A DNA stretch of 63,608 bases, the filler included, from Pelomyxa schiedti (Eukaryota; Protista; Evosea), in NCBI GenBank assembly GCA_020536535.1. It is 8 parts of 8 records of this genome, joined end to end, with 100 filler letters (N's around TTAATTAATTAA, not from the genome) between each part and the next. Parts side by side here need not be neighbours in the genome. Positions count along the whole stretch, not along the records: positions 43,010 to 59,197 come from JAHLWZ010001146.1; 7 more parts are not named here. One strand, 5' to 3'. The notes below the pieces were generated by a model. That model had not been told where the DNA came from, searched no databases, and saw only the letters and a list, made by a program, of their open reading frames with translations. Numbering within the stretch: the first letter of the stretch is position 1; each line of letters opens with the position of its first letter. The position numbers and the translations under genes are program-made. Positions 46,600 through 57,638 of this stretch are shown piece by piece.

Positions 46600-49088
46600 A
46601 TGTCGGCAACATCCACACCGTCTTCCATAATTTCGCTTCCGCACACCACGTACACCGGCGCCGGAGGGAGGACAACCGACGAGGAGAGGGAGGGCAGAGA
46701 CGGCGACAGGTTCTCGCGGCGACCCAGGCGCGATCGCTTTGGGGACGAGGACGAGCGCCGGCCTCGGCTCTCCTCGAGCGTCGTTCCCTCGACTATTGTG
46801 GCGTCGAGCGTGGAGGGCGAGGGCGGCGCGGCGGCGGCGGCGACGGCGGCCAGCAACAACACGAAGCACGAGGGCTTCTGTGTGTATGACGAGAAGGATG
46901 CTGATATCTCGGCCTTGATCAAAGAAATGCAAACTGTTTCTTCTGATAGGACTAGTGCGGAAAGGAGCATTCGTGATTTGGAGATACAAGAAAGAATTAC
47001 CTTGTCCAGGCCAAGGTATAGCAGCAACCTTTTTCATTTTTTCTCCTTTTTAACTGGTTCCTTTACTCCAGGCCTCGTAGGGGGGGCGGGGTTGGCCTTG
47101 GAACGGGTATGCGTGGTGGACGTGGCGGTGGCAGAGGAGACGGATCGAGGCGTGGCATGCCGCCTGGTGGACAAGCCTTTTCTCGGGCAATGCAAGCAAT
47201 TAAGCGGCCGCCTGCAGATGATTTGTCTCGCAGAAGTGAGAGGGAGAGATCACGTGATGAACCAATTGATGAGAGTGATGACTTGAAGGGGCCTGCAGCC
47301 CAAAGACGGCGCTTGGTTACACCAAGATTAGCCTCATCTATAAAGAGTGCCAAGTCTGAGGATGAAAAGGAAGGAGAGGGAATGCAACTTGATGAAAAAC
47401 TGCAGGTACTTTGAGAGTGAATTATCGATAATTCTCCCTAACAGAACTTAGGCCCCCCGCATCCCTTCAGTAGTCTCCCGCATCATAAAAGAACGCACAA
47501 CGGAAACCACAGAATCTACTGGCGATAGTGTAAATGAGGGTAGTGAAATTAGTGTTGGTACTGCAGCCTCAGACACTTCCCTCCCTGATTCATCTCACAG
47601 CACACCACGAAGTGGTGTTCCTAGTAAACGTAATGAACAAGTGTTGCGAAATAGAAGGATGTTTGGTGTAATCGTTGGGACACTTCAGCAATTCTCCAAG
47701 AAAGAAACTGAAAATGCTGAACTTGTACTTACCACTTGTCTTCTCTTAATATCTAACTTACACAAGATGGCACGCCGTGAAGAGCTGGAGTCCGAAGTTG
47801 ACAAAAAAGTTCAACAAGAGCACCAAGCCCTTATTGAACAGGAAGTTGCACGAATTCGTGCACAGAGGGAGAAGCAGTTTGAAACAATCACTGCACTCCA
47901 ACTCCGAGAAGAGACATTGTCAACGCAACTCCTGGTGTGTCAGCGGACATGTCCTAACAACCTAACTCCCTAAAAGGAACTCCGTTGGAATAAGCACAAG
48001 CAGTCCCTTACACGTTATATTAAGACAACAACGACCCCATGTATTTACTATTTGCCTAAAAAACCTCTTCCCTCTCAATTACAACCAAACTCTCAAATCA
48101 GTACTTCCACTACAACTTCAATCTCCTCTGGGTCTGACTCCAGTGCAACAATACCTACACAAACCCCACCTTCACCTACTGCTGTGTCAAACAAGGGAGA
48201 TAAAGAAGTAGACTCTGTAGTCACAGATGCAACTCAAAAGCCAGATACAATTACCATTCCCGCAAAAGAAGACACAGCAGAAGAAGGTAGCGTTACTATC
48301 ACTAAAATCTCTCAACCTTACTTTCTTTAGGCAAAGTGGAGGAAGAGAAATCAAAGATTCTCAGCGAGAGGAGCCCGAGAAGAAAATCGAGAAGTTCTAA
48401 GAGTAGGAGTCGCAGCCCAATGCAAGATTCAGTAACCAAGTCAGCAGCAAAGGAAGCAGAAAAAGACAGTGCCACACAAGACAAGACAGGGGGCAAAGAA
48501 GAGGCTGCGCCGTCCAGTTCCACTGACACAGCTCCAAAAGAAAATATGGAAGTGGAAGAAAAGGAGAAGCCGTCATCAGAAGCAGTACCGGTACCAGTGG
48601 TGGAGATCAAGATCGAAAAGCCGGAAGAACCCATGCCAGCTACCACCGCGCCGGACAAGACCGGCAACAAAGAGCCAGAAAAACCTAAGGAGCCAGAGAA
48701 ACCAGAAGCGAAAGAGCCAGAGAAACCAGAAAAAGAGGCCGAGCACAAGGAACCAGCAGCGGCAGCGACGGAAAGCAAGCCAACCCCAGCACCAGAGCCA
48801 AAGGAAAAACCCAAACGTGGAAGGAGCTCATCAAGTTCCCGATCCAGTTCTGGCTCTAGCTCATCAAGCAGCAGCCGAAGCAGAAGTAAAGGTAAGAAGA
48901 AGAGCAAAAGCAGAAGCCATAGTAAAGGGAGAAGAGGGGGAAGGGGCAACAGTGGAAGAAACACCCACAGGAGTAAGAGCCGTGATAGAAGCCGCGGAAG
49001 GAGGACATCACCCAGGGGCAGTAAAGACAAGAGGAGTACTCCAGGGAAGAAGGGGAGCAAAAGCAGAAGCAGGAGTAAAGGAAGATAA
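46600..49088 (+). CDS. PNN: pinin/SDK/memA-family protein with RS-rich C-terminus
   Basis: RNRRMFGVIVGTLQQF motif, coiled coil, YIKTTTTPCIYYLP, and a C-terminal RS/SR-rich tail. Confidence 0.85.
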
Positions 49089-49188
49089 CCTCAAGCTAAA
49101 TTAGAAAATATCAAAGACAATTATCTTGCTCATTTCTTGTTGTCAATCAAAATGGAATGTTGTTATTACAGTTATTTTTGTTTTACAG

Positions 49189-52101
49189 TTAGTTTTTGAG
49201 GGTGCGTGCACATAAGGAGTCCACAATCGGCACAAGTTTCTTGAATGCTGGTCTTGCTAGTGAAAGTGTAATTACAGAGAACTAATTCAAAGGAAACAAA
49301 GCAAATCAACCTTCAGGGTGTTGTGCCCAGCAGCAAGTAATCAAGTCCCGGAAATGTGTTGCGGAATCGGGTATAGGTAGCCGGCTACCGTTGCGGACAA
49401 ACTGGAAGATATCTAATTAAACGAATGAGTGGGACGGTACAGGCGAGGATGATCAAACCATATTGGTCCTTGAAATCGCTGTAGGGTTTGGTTTCACTAC
49501 ATAGGTGGAGGAGGCACACTGCAAAACTGAAAACATCAGCTTTTTTGGTGAATTTCAGTGTGCCGAATACTTCCGGCGCTGCGGATATTAGTACATATGT
49601 TGTTGATGGTGAGAAAAGTTATACCTGTGAAATGGGCTGGTATTACCGCTCCACAACTACTTGCACCTCTTTTCAGGGATGGTGTGGACTTGGTGTATCC
49701 ACCACCTCCCACTACTACGCCACTTTTGGGTGTGGTGGTTGGAGATTTTACAAACAAAGAGCGGGCTACTCCGGCATCTGTTTTAGACATGAAAAAAAGT
49801 TAGAGTGAAGTTTTCATTTACCGGTTATCTTGACAAGGAAGTTTGTCTCGGAACCTTGAGATACAAGCTACATGATTCATGAAACCGGTCAAATAATAAT
49901 AGGAAGGAACCATTAAATTCTCAGTACAGAGATGACCGTGAACGAAGTTTGCTTTGTGAAGTGCAACCATACCGCCAACAATTCCTCGTGCAATTTCCAT
50001 CTGGAGTAGATTTAATCTTACTCTCCCAGATACGTTGGTGGGGTTTACCTGTTGGGCATTTGTGAAAGACTTGGATTCCAGATATTTTGCAATAGACCCC
50101 AAAGTAAAAAACTCCCGCACTACACAAAAGTGCTCTGTGGTTTGGCAGGTTCCAACACAAAACCTTGTAGTAACTTAGAGGGACACTGCAGCAAAGGAAG
50201 AACGCACGCCAAATTTGGGTTCCTTATTGAGCAGCACGCGTCTATCTGAGACTCTAATTCATCCCTCCACATGTTATCATCACTAACACCACTTCCACTT
50301 CCCGCACTTCTTGCTCCACCAACACTAACTCCACCAACGCTCCTGCTACTACCAATTTGAGCTGCAGAAGCGGTAGGTGGTGTGATGTGAGTGGGTGTGT
50401 TTGTTGTGATTACTTTCACAGCCACGTTCGATCCTCTCCAGGTTGCCACAAATACAGTTGAAAAGGTTCCTGTATAATCTGGAGGTGGAAGTGAAAATGC
50501 TGGTGGCAAAACGGACGATGAAGAAGGTGGAGAGGCTGAAGGTAATTTTGACATCTTGTTAGATGCTACAATATGAGGGCTTGTGAAATGCATGTCTTCG
50601 AAGCATAGTTTTGAGCCATAGGCGGTTATATCAATAGGTATTAGAAGTAGATTGGAGCCTATAAAGGTTTAGGATTGAGATCCATCAAAGGGGGAGCGCT
50701 ATGAAGCACACTTTGGGGTGAAGTGAGAGTAACAGCAGTATTGAGAGTTGTGGCTACATGCATTACGAAAGTGAACCTAATTTCCTTAGATTCACCCTAC
50801 GAAAAGTTACTTCTAGACACCCAGTGGAAACAACTCACAGGAAGAAGGTGGCCTTCCGTTATATCCACAGCAATGTCAAAAATAGTTGGGTTGGGTTTTG
50901 GGAGTCTGATGGCAAATGGGAGGGGATTAGGTGTGGCTGTATTTATAGTGGAAGGTGTAGGTGTTATAGTAGGTGAAGGTGTAGAAGTGGGGGATGGTGT
51001 AGATGAAGAATTTGAAGATGTGGGGGCGGGTGAATGAGACATAACTGGAGAAGGTGATGGTGAGTCAGGTGCTTGAGGGTGTATTAGTGTGAGGATATCA
51101 AGGTAAGTATGTCCAATGCGTGTAGACCCACTTTCTGGGTCTCCAAAGTTGAGGGCTATCTTTGAAACCTAACAATTAATGAATTTAATGTTAATTAACG
51201 GCAATATAAAACCTTGAACGGAAACGAATTGGCGACCTGCCTGCCTTACAAATGTAAAGGAAATGCACCATATATATATATAGATATATAATAATATTAT
51301 TATAGAGAAACAATAAAATAAAAAATAAAAAAACATAATAAAATAGAGAACGCACTGTTGAAATAACGAAGCATTTCTTGGTCTTGAAGCCTGGTCAGAG
51401 AATCCCCCCAGACTATGTGGCATTGGTGGCAGGCTGTGCGACGGAGGCCGCCCCAGGACCAGCCCTGCACCTATCCCTCCCACAATGCAGTTCACGCCCC
51501 CGCTAGCGTGATTCCCAACGCCGAAGCCAATCCCAACACCGCCGCCGCCACCTACCCCGCTAGTAGCCTCCTCCATGCCCAAAATAGGAGACACGCTCGT
51601 GGTGGTGGTGGTCGTGGTCGTGGTAGTAGTGCACGAGTTAGTAGTTGTCATCGTAGTAACGGCCACAGGATCTCCGCTTCCGGGAGGGTGATGATTTCTA
51701 CTAGCTGTGCTGCCGGTCCTGCTTTTGGTGGTGCTGGTGCCGCCGTTGGAGCCGAGCGAGTCGCTCCGGGCCAGGGCCACCTCGTCCATCTCGGCCACGT
51801 GGACGTCGACGACGCTCGATGTCGCGGGGGCGACGTACACGGTCCCGACGAGTTGTTCCTCCAGATCAGCCCTCGTTGTGTTGGTCGACGACGCCGTCGA
51901 TGATGACGATGACGACGACGACGAGGAGGAGGAGGACATCCTTGTGTGGGAGCCTCGGCGCTTTCTGCACCACCCGCAGCAGGCCACTCCCATAACACCG
52001 AAAAGCAACACCCCCGCCAGGACCATCACGAGCGCCGGCCACGACGACGAGTACGGCGAATACGTCGCATACGAAAACGACGAAGACGTGTGGCCCACCA
52101 T
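49189..52101 (-). CDS. membrane-anchored TKL-type protein kinase-like protein, probable pseudokinase
   Basis: N-terminal TM WPALVMVLAGVLLFGVMGVACC. Kinase motifs GTFSTVFVATWRGSNVAVK, LHKANFVHGHLCTENLM (HRD replaced), VKITDAG, APEVF, KADVFSF and RPAF. Confidence 0.8.
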
Positions 52102-52239
52102 ACGGTTTGGTGTTCAACGTGTTTGCTTTGGATCCAACAAAGGGAAACGAAAAGGGGTAATTCCCAGAATCACCACCCATAAGTACGGCTCGGGGCTCCG
52201 TATTCCAACACTTGTGTCGGATCCAGGGGGCACATTTTC

Positions 52240-52326
52240 GCCGGAATGAGCCGGGATGGTTCTCGGAGTAGGCTTCAAACCTACTTACGCTGAGATGCGT
52301 AGAGGTCCGATTCCTCCTTTCTGGCG
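52240..52326 (+). tRNA. trnU: tRNA-Sec (anticodon UCA), eukaryotic 9/4 fold
   Basis: 87 nt. Acceptor GCCGGAAUG/CUUUCUGGC with discriminator G; 6-bp D-stem CCGGGA-UGGU-UCUCGG; anticodon arm GUAGG-CUUCAAA-CCUAC; variable arm UACGC-UGAGAU-GCGUA; 4-bp T-stem GAGG-UCCGAUU-CCUC. Confidence 0.95.
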
Positions 52327-52328
52327 TG

Positions 52329-52342
52329 TTTTTTTTTTTTTT
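52329..52342 (+). terminator. Pol III oligo-dT terminator
   Basis: T14 run beginning 3 nt after the tRNA-Sec discriminator base. Confidence 0.8.
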
Positions 52343-52353
52343 GCTTCTGTGTT

Positions 52354-53622
52354 TTAGAAATGACTGACATGCGGGATTGAAAAAAGACCAGGAATGTCAG
52401 CACAGATACAACACATGCCAGGGAGAGCATCAACAACACGTATCTGGTTGTGGTGGCATAGGAAAAGGAACCCTGAAGAAGCTACTGCCATTCCATAGTC
52501 ATATTGGGGTCCATACACAGTTGTGAATTCAATAACCCTCAGTGGCTGCTGTGTGTTGTTGCAATCCCACAGTTCTGCACAGGTGCCAGTCATGGTGGAA
52601 ATGCAGAAGCAGTTTGGGCTCAATGCAGATACTTGAAGGTCATGGTTTACTTTGCTTTTGATTGGTTGCACAGTCCCTGTGCCTTCAGTTACAAGGTGAA
52701 CAAGGTCACCACTAAACGTGGTTTTCAAAGCAAAGCAGTGCACTTTGTTTGTAATAACAAATCTCCCAACAGCGTATACAATAATACCAGCATGGGATCC
52801 AAGTAGGAATTTGGTTGATGACACAATAGATAGACTCCTTCCAGAAAATGACTTGGAGAGGTGAACAACAATCAAGGAACAACGGTCCAGGTGAAATGCA
52901 TCACTCCAAGTAATAATGACCTCATCTGGGTGGAAAGAGTCGAAGTGTGCACCCCAAATTGTGCCCCCGGGGCCCTCAGCAACCTGATGATACAGGGTGA
53001 TACTTTCCTGAATCGACATGTCTTTCAGCTTTCCAATGGTAATTTGGAACCCACTCAGCCATTTGAAGCAGGTAACAGCCCATCTTGGATTTGCATTACT
53101 GGCACTGATCCAAGGAGCAGGTATTGCAAACTCCCTCGTGTCACTTCTGATATCCACGATGCCAAACTCAATTCCAGCTGGAACCGGGTCGATTGTGCAA
53201 TAGTGATTTGGTCCAATCCACCTGCCTGTTGTGCCATTGTAACATGGTGGTTTTCCCAGAATGGTCTGGTGCAATGTCACAGGGGTAGTTACACTCATCA
53301 GAATACGTGATACACCAAAGTAAATTGCCTTGTACTCTTGGTGAGGCATTGTCAGATCCAGCACAAAGTGGTCTCTGGTACTCATCACAAAACGATGCCA
53401 CAACCTGCGAACGAACGAAATCCACACAGATGCGCCCCCTTGCCCCCCGCCGCATGCAGCCCCGCCGTCACCCTCGCCCGGTACCACATGCAACCAACAA
53501 CTGGAGCCACACCGCCGGTGCGACGCCAGGGCCAGTGCCACCATCTGTGATACAGCACTCACCCAACTAACGACGCCTGCCTGCCGCCCAGAGTCATCGA
53601 CGTAAAGCCACGTTGTGTTCAT
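52354..53622 (-). CDS. intronless lineage-specific family protein with N-terminal F-box/SOCS-like motif
   Basis: ATG 53622; SAVSQMVALALASHRRCG; family blocks NANPRWAV, ELWDCNNTQQPLRV and IRVVDALPG. Confidence 0.8.
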   Translation of the reverse strand: MNTTWLYVDDSGRQAGVVSWVSAVSQMVALALASHRRCGSSCWLHVVPGEGDGGAACGGGQGGASVWISFVRRLWHRFVMSTRDHFVLDLTMPHQEYKAIYFGVSRILMSVTTPVTLHQTILGKPPCYNGTTGRWIGPNHYCTIDPVPAGIEFGIVDIRSDTREFAIPAPWISASNANPRWAVTCFKWLSGFQITIGKLKDMSIQESITLYHQVAEGPGGTIWGAHFDSFHPDEVIITWSDAFHLDRCSLIVVHLSKSFSGRSLSIVSSTKFLLGSHAGIIVYAVGRFVITNKVHCFALKTTFSGDLVHLVTEGTGTVQPIKSKVNHDLQVSALSPNCFCISTMTGTCAELWDCNNTQQPLRVIEFTTVYGPQYDYGMAVASSGFLFLCHHNQIRVVDALPGMCCICADIPGLFSIPHVSHF

Positions 53623-53755
53623 CTTAACGTAGTGGCGATGGATTTTCCAGTTGTGGGAATAGTGTGACTGTCCTCGGAGGACCCAAACCGCAAGTGTGAT
53701 GGAACCTTGAGACCTTCTCAGAGCCAATTTGGTTCCGATCTCATATCTGAAGACA

Positions 53756-54823
53756 ATGAGTGGGCGTGGTGGACGCGGTCGCGGAAGAGGGCGAGGAGGG
53801 CGAGGGCGTGGTGGTGGCGGTGCTTCAAGTGGCGGTGGGGGCGACCCACAATTGTCCTCCGCCTTCGCGCAGGCGGCCAGCGGCGGCCGCGGCTCGGGCG
53901 ATGCGTCGGCCTCCTCCTCCTCGTCGCTGGTGCCCCGCCCCGTCGCCGTGCCCAAGACCTACCCGGACGTCGAGTGGCACGAGCTTGCGGAGGAGCCCAC
54001 GCCGCCGGCGGCGCCGGTCACCGCGGCGGGGGCGCTGGCCTTCAGCGGGCCCATGTCGCGGTTCGTGTGCGCGATGGACCCCTTCGGCACGCTGCAGTCG
54101 GCCGCAGACGCCGCCGCCTCCTCGTCTTCCTCCAAGCGGCGGTCGTCGACGACAAGCACAACGAGCAGCAGCGGTAGCACATCAACAACAACGTCGTCGT
54201 CGTCGTCGTCGTCGGCATCGTCGGCATCGTCGCACGCGCCGGGGACTGTGCTGCCCAAAATGCCGGTTGGACCCAATGAGGACAAGTGCGACAGGTTTGT
54301 GGACTACGAGGCTGATAAGCTGTATAGCAAGATGAGGCAGTCGTGCTGGTACTATATGGGCCATGGGGTATGTTGCCATGTTGTATCTTCTTGGCTATCT
54401 GGCTATGTTGATATGTTTGTGTGAATGCGAGGAGTGTTTGTGCTGTTGTGGTGGGTATTGACTAATACCCTCTCTTCCATACAGGAACTTCCTGGCCTGT
54501 GTATGAGTGCCGATGTATTTCCTCCGGAACTGTTGGCTTCTGGGTCCGCTCCCGAGCGTTCTGATGCCAAGAAACATGTTGACCAGATAGCAAAGCAGGA
54601 AGCAGAACAGAAAGCCAAGAAGACAACTGGTGCCGCAAAAAAGAAGGACAAGAAGAAAGGAGAAGGTGAAAAGGCTGCAGCCAACAGTGATGACAGTGAT
54701 GCTGACCCCAACCCTGCTGATGCGGAAAAGGATGAGGATGACTATGTAACAGACTGGAAAAATTTGGAGGATAACGGCGACGATGATGCTATGGATAATA
54801 TGGGTGGGGGTGACGACGATTAA
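53756..54823 (+). CDS. RNA polymerase III subunit RPC7/RPC31-like protein
   Basis: MSGRGGRGRG N-terminus, YSKMRQSCWYY, FPPELL, and acidic tail DEDDYVTDWKNLEDNGDDD. Confidence 0.6.
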
Positions 54824-55075
54824 CTGAACTCAGGTAAAACAAAAAAGTAAAGAGAAGCGTACTTATATTTATGCCTGTAGGTGGAAATTGGGGAAGCAAG
54901 AGATTTACATTTTGTGTTGTGCAATATTTTCTCGAAATCCGGCATGAACTGAGCACTGTGAAGCTAAACTTCCAGCTGGAACCTTTGGAGCTCATACCAG
55001 CTCATGAATAACCTTGACTTCGATTTGTTAGCAAAAAGAAATTAAGGGAAAGTGAACGACACCGTGCGGCTTCCT

Positions 55076-55830
55076 TTAGGAACTTTTCGTCTTATGTGAA
55101 GTTGGTGACTTGGTAGCCCTCAGATGGTTCAGGCCTTGTGTTACGTAGTCCAGTGTCCTCAGAGCTTCTTCCTGCCTGGAGTGAGCTGTATTTGCCATAA
55201 CAGCCACTTGGTTTGATTTGAGAGGTGCAAAAGCTGCCAACTCAGCATCAGACATCGGCAGATAGAACCCCAGTCCCACATTCACAAGCGGCTTCTTTAA
55301 TTCACCAGGAGGCTTCGTCCCCTCAATAAAAACACCTCCCGCAAGATGAAAATACGAGGAAGGAACCTGAAGGCTTGCTCAGTGACAGCAAGAGATAATC
55401 AATATATTTTAGTATACACACATATAATAATTATAATACGAGTTTGCTTTTCAATACTATATATATACACATAAAAGCAAACACCCGGCACCATCAATGA
55501 ATCTGTTGCCTGAGCCAAAACGGCGGGCATTGCCCCATAAGCCTCTGCGGTCAGTGCCCACCGGTCGCCATCAATACCGCTCGCCGCCGCGTCGCTGGCA
55601 ACCCGGCGCTCGAATTCCTCCATCTTCGCGAGCCTCCCTTCGTCCACCGTCGCCGCCGCCGACGCGGCGTCCCCCCGTCGCGTTGCGCTGACGCTGTCGC
55701 CGCCGCAGTCGTCGGCCACGTCGTCGTCTATTGGCACTTGCACGCCACCGACACTGCTCACTATTCCCATAACCATCGCGTTGCTGTCGTGTATCCTTTC
55801 TGGCACAGGCCCATTTGCCTCCGTCGCCAT
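55076..55830 (-). CDS. prefoldin alpha-type subunit, UXT-like
   Basis: Spliced product contains PLVNVGLGFYLPMSDAELAAF...TLDYVTQGLNHL, matching the prefoldin alpha hairpin consensus V-x-(V/L)G-x-GF-x-x-E-(M/L). Confidence 0.6.
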
Positions 55831-56203
55831 GTTTTTTTTGGCTTGTCCAGACAAAGAGGCCTTGTTTTCTGGTAACCATCAAGTTCAACCTTTCTTGGGA
55901 GGCGGGGGGGGGACATACCCCAACCATTACCATTAACACGACGCTCGTAATAGCGACTTAGCTTTTCCTTCTCAAGACCAAATAACTCAAACGCAACAAT
56001 AGTTTATTCAAGCATCTAAAGTCTATCTCACTAGCTACCGAGAACACGTTAACGTAGGAAAACCATCCAAAGTGTGTTAAACACCCCTCTGTCGGTTGGA
56101 CCCTACAAAACCTCTGGCTCATTGCGCCAATCCCTTGGTTTTGATTAAGGTTGAGTGCTGCGTGGAAGGTGTTGAATCATTTTGAAGCCAAATGGTGATT
56201 CCA

Positions 56204-57469
56204 TCAGGTGTGGAATCCACGGGGACAAGCAAAGACCCTGGAACCATGGTCTGGAAATGTGTGTGCTGTTGTGAATGACAGCATCTTGACACCACTCATT
56301 GCATCCATCAAACTGAACGTGTGACCACAGCTGCCACTTCCATCATCATCCTCTTGTGTTTCTGCATGACTTTGCTGGCGTGAAATCAACAGGAAGCCAC
56401 AACCAGCGGTCACTGTTGCATGAGGATACTCGCACACAGGGTGGCTCAGGTCATTGATGTTGTACACCCCCGTTGTGTGGCTCGGTGTGTCATCTGAAAG
56501 GCACAGGTGTTGGTCGTCCACAACGTGGAGTGTGCCTGTGTATTTGCACACCACATTCCCTGTCATTGGGTTGACTACAACTGCGCTGCGGTCATTTCCA
56601 TTGTGGATCATGAGTATCAGGAACACGTTGTCTTCGCTGTCACGCATAAGCCTGGTTGGCATAAAATTCTGGATCGGAATCAATTCCTCAGTTGGCACCC
56701 TGGCCTGAGAAATGAAAGAGAATCTGAGGACCCTGTCTCGGTAAGTCCTCTCCAAGTCGATGAGCAAAACTGGCCCACACCTGGACCTGTCACCTCCAAT
56801 TGCAATGAGGCCATCACCCTCACCTATTCTCGAATCCTCACTGGTGCTTCTGATATTCCATGATGAATTCGCTGTTGTGAAGTGGAAGTGGCTGTAATTA
56901 CTGACTGGAAGTTGCACTTGCAGTAAGTTGATTGTGTGGAGCCTCAGCAAGCTCCACAGCTTCAGAACAGTACCATTCATTGCGGAGCACACACACCACT
57001 TCCTGTTGCATGTCACCACAGCCATGAAGCTATCAGCCAGTGTGTGATTACCCCTTATTAATGGATGCTCTGGCACCGCATCACCTTTTGCCAAGGGCTC
57101 GGCGGAGATACGCATGAGGGTGGTGTAGAAACCGGTGTAACTCCCACTCCCAACAACCATGGTCTCACTGTCAACCAGGCCATAAACAGGACAGTCGTGT
57201 GTCTCAGTCATCACACTCGGCGGGTGGACGATCCCACAAGTCGGTGACACCGTGGCGGTGATGTTGAGAAACCGTGAGGGGTCAGTTGAAATCCGAGCTG
57301 AAATCACCAACCTCGTTGACGGGGCCGTCACCCATAACTGAGAAATATCGCGCAACACAGTGGCAGGGAGTATTCCGGCAGGACTGAGTGTCCCGCACCT
57401 CGAGTGGTGGCACATCACAAAAGCCAGCGCTTGTGACCTCGCTTTGATGTGAACGATGCTCCTCTCCAT
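56204..57469 (-). CDS. intronless lineage-specific family protein, tandem copy A (alternative in-frame ATG at 57577)
   Basis: MERSIVHIKARSQALAFVMCHHSRCGTLSPAGILPATVLRDISQLW; highly similar to 57639-58895. Confidence 0.85.
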   Translation of the reverse strand: MERSIVHIKARSQALAFVMCHHSRCGTLSPAGILPATVLRDISQLWVTAPSTRLVISARISTDPSRFLNITATVSPTCGIVHPPSVMTETHDCPVYGLVDSETMVVGSGSYTGFYTTLMRISAEPLAKGDAVPEHPLIRGNHTLADSFMAVVTCNRKWCVCSAMNGTVLKLWSLLRLHTINLLQVQLPVSNYSHFHFTTANSSWNIRSTSEDSRIGEGDGLIAIGGDRSRCGPVLLIDLERTYRDRVLRFSFISQARVPTEELIPIQNFMPTRLMRDSEDNVFLILMIHNGNDRSAVVVNPMTGNVVCKYTGTLHVVDDQHLCLSDDTPSHTTGVYNINDLSHPVCEYPHATVTAGCGFLLISRQQSHAETQEDDDGSGSCGHTFSLMDAMSGVKMLSFTTAHTFPDHGSRVFACPRGFHT

Positions 57470-57638
57470 CAAACGCTCACAGTGATTGTTTTCGTTTTTC
57501 ACCAAGTTGGCACCTGTCACCTCCTCACACACTACTTCCCTTTCTCCTACCTTTTTAACCCGTCTTTTCCCTACCATGTTGGACAAAGTTTTTAAATCAC
57601 ACCCTCTTTTCTTCCACTCTATCTCCCTGTTCTATGGA

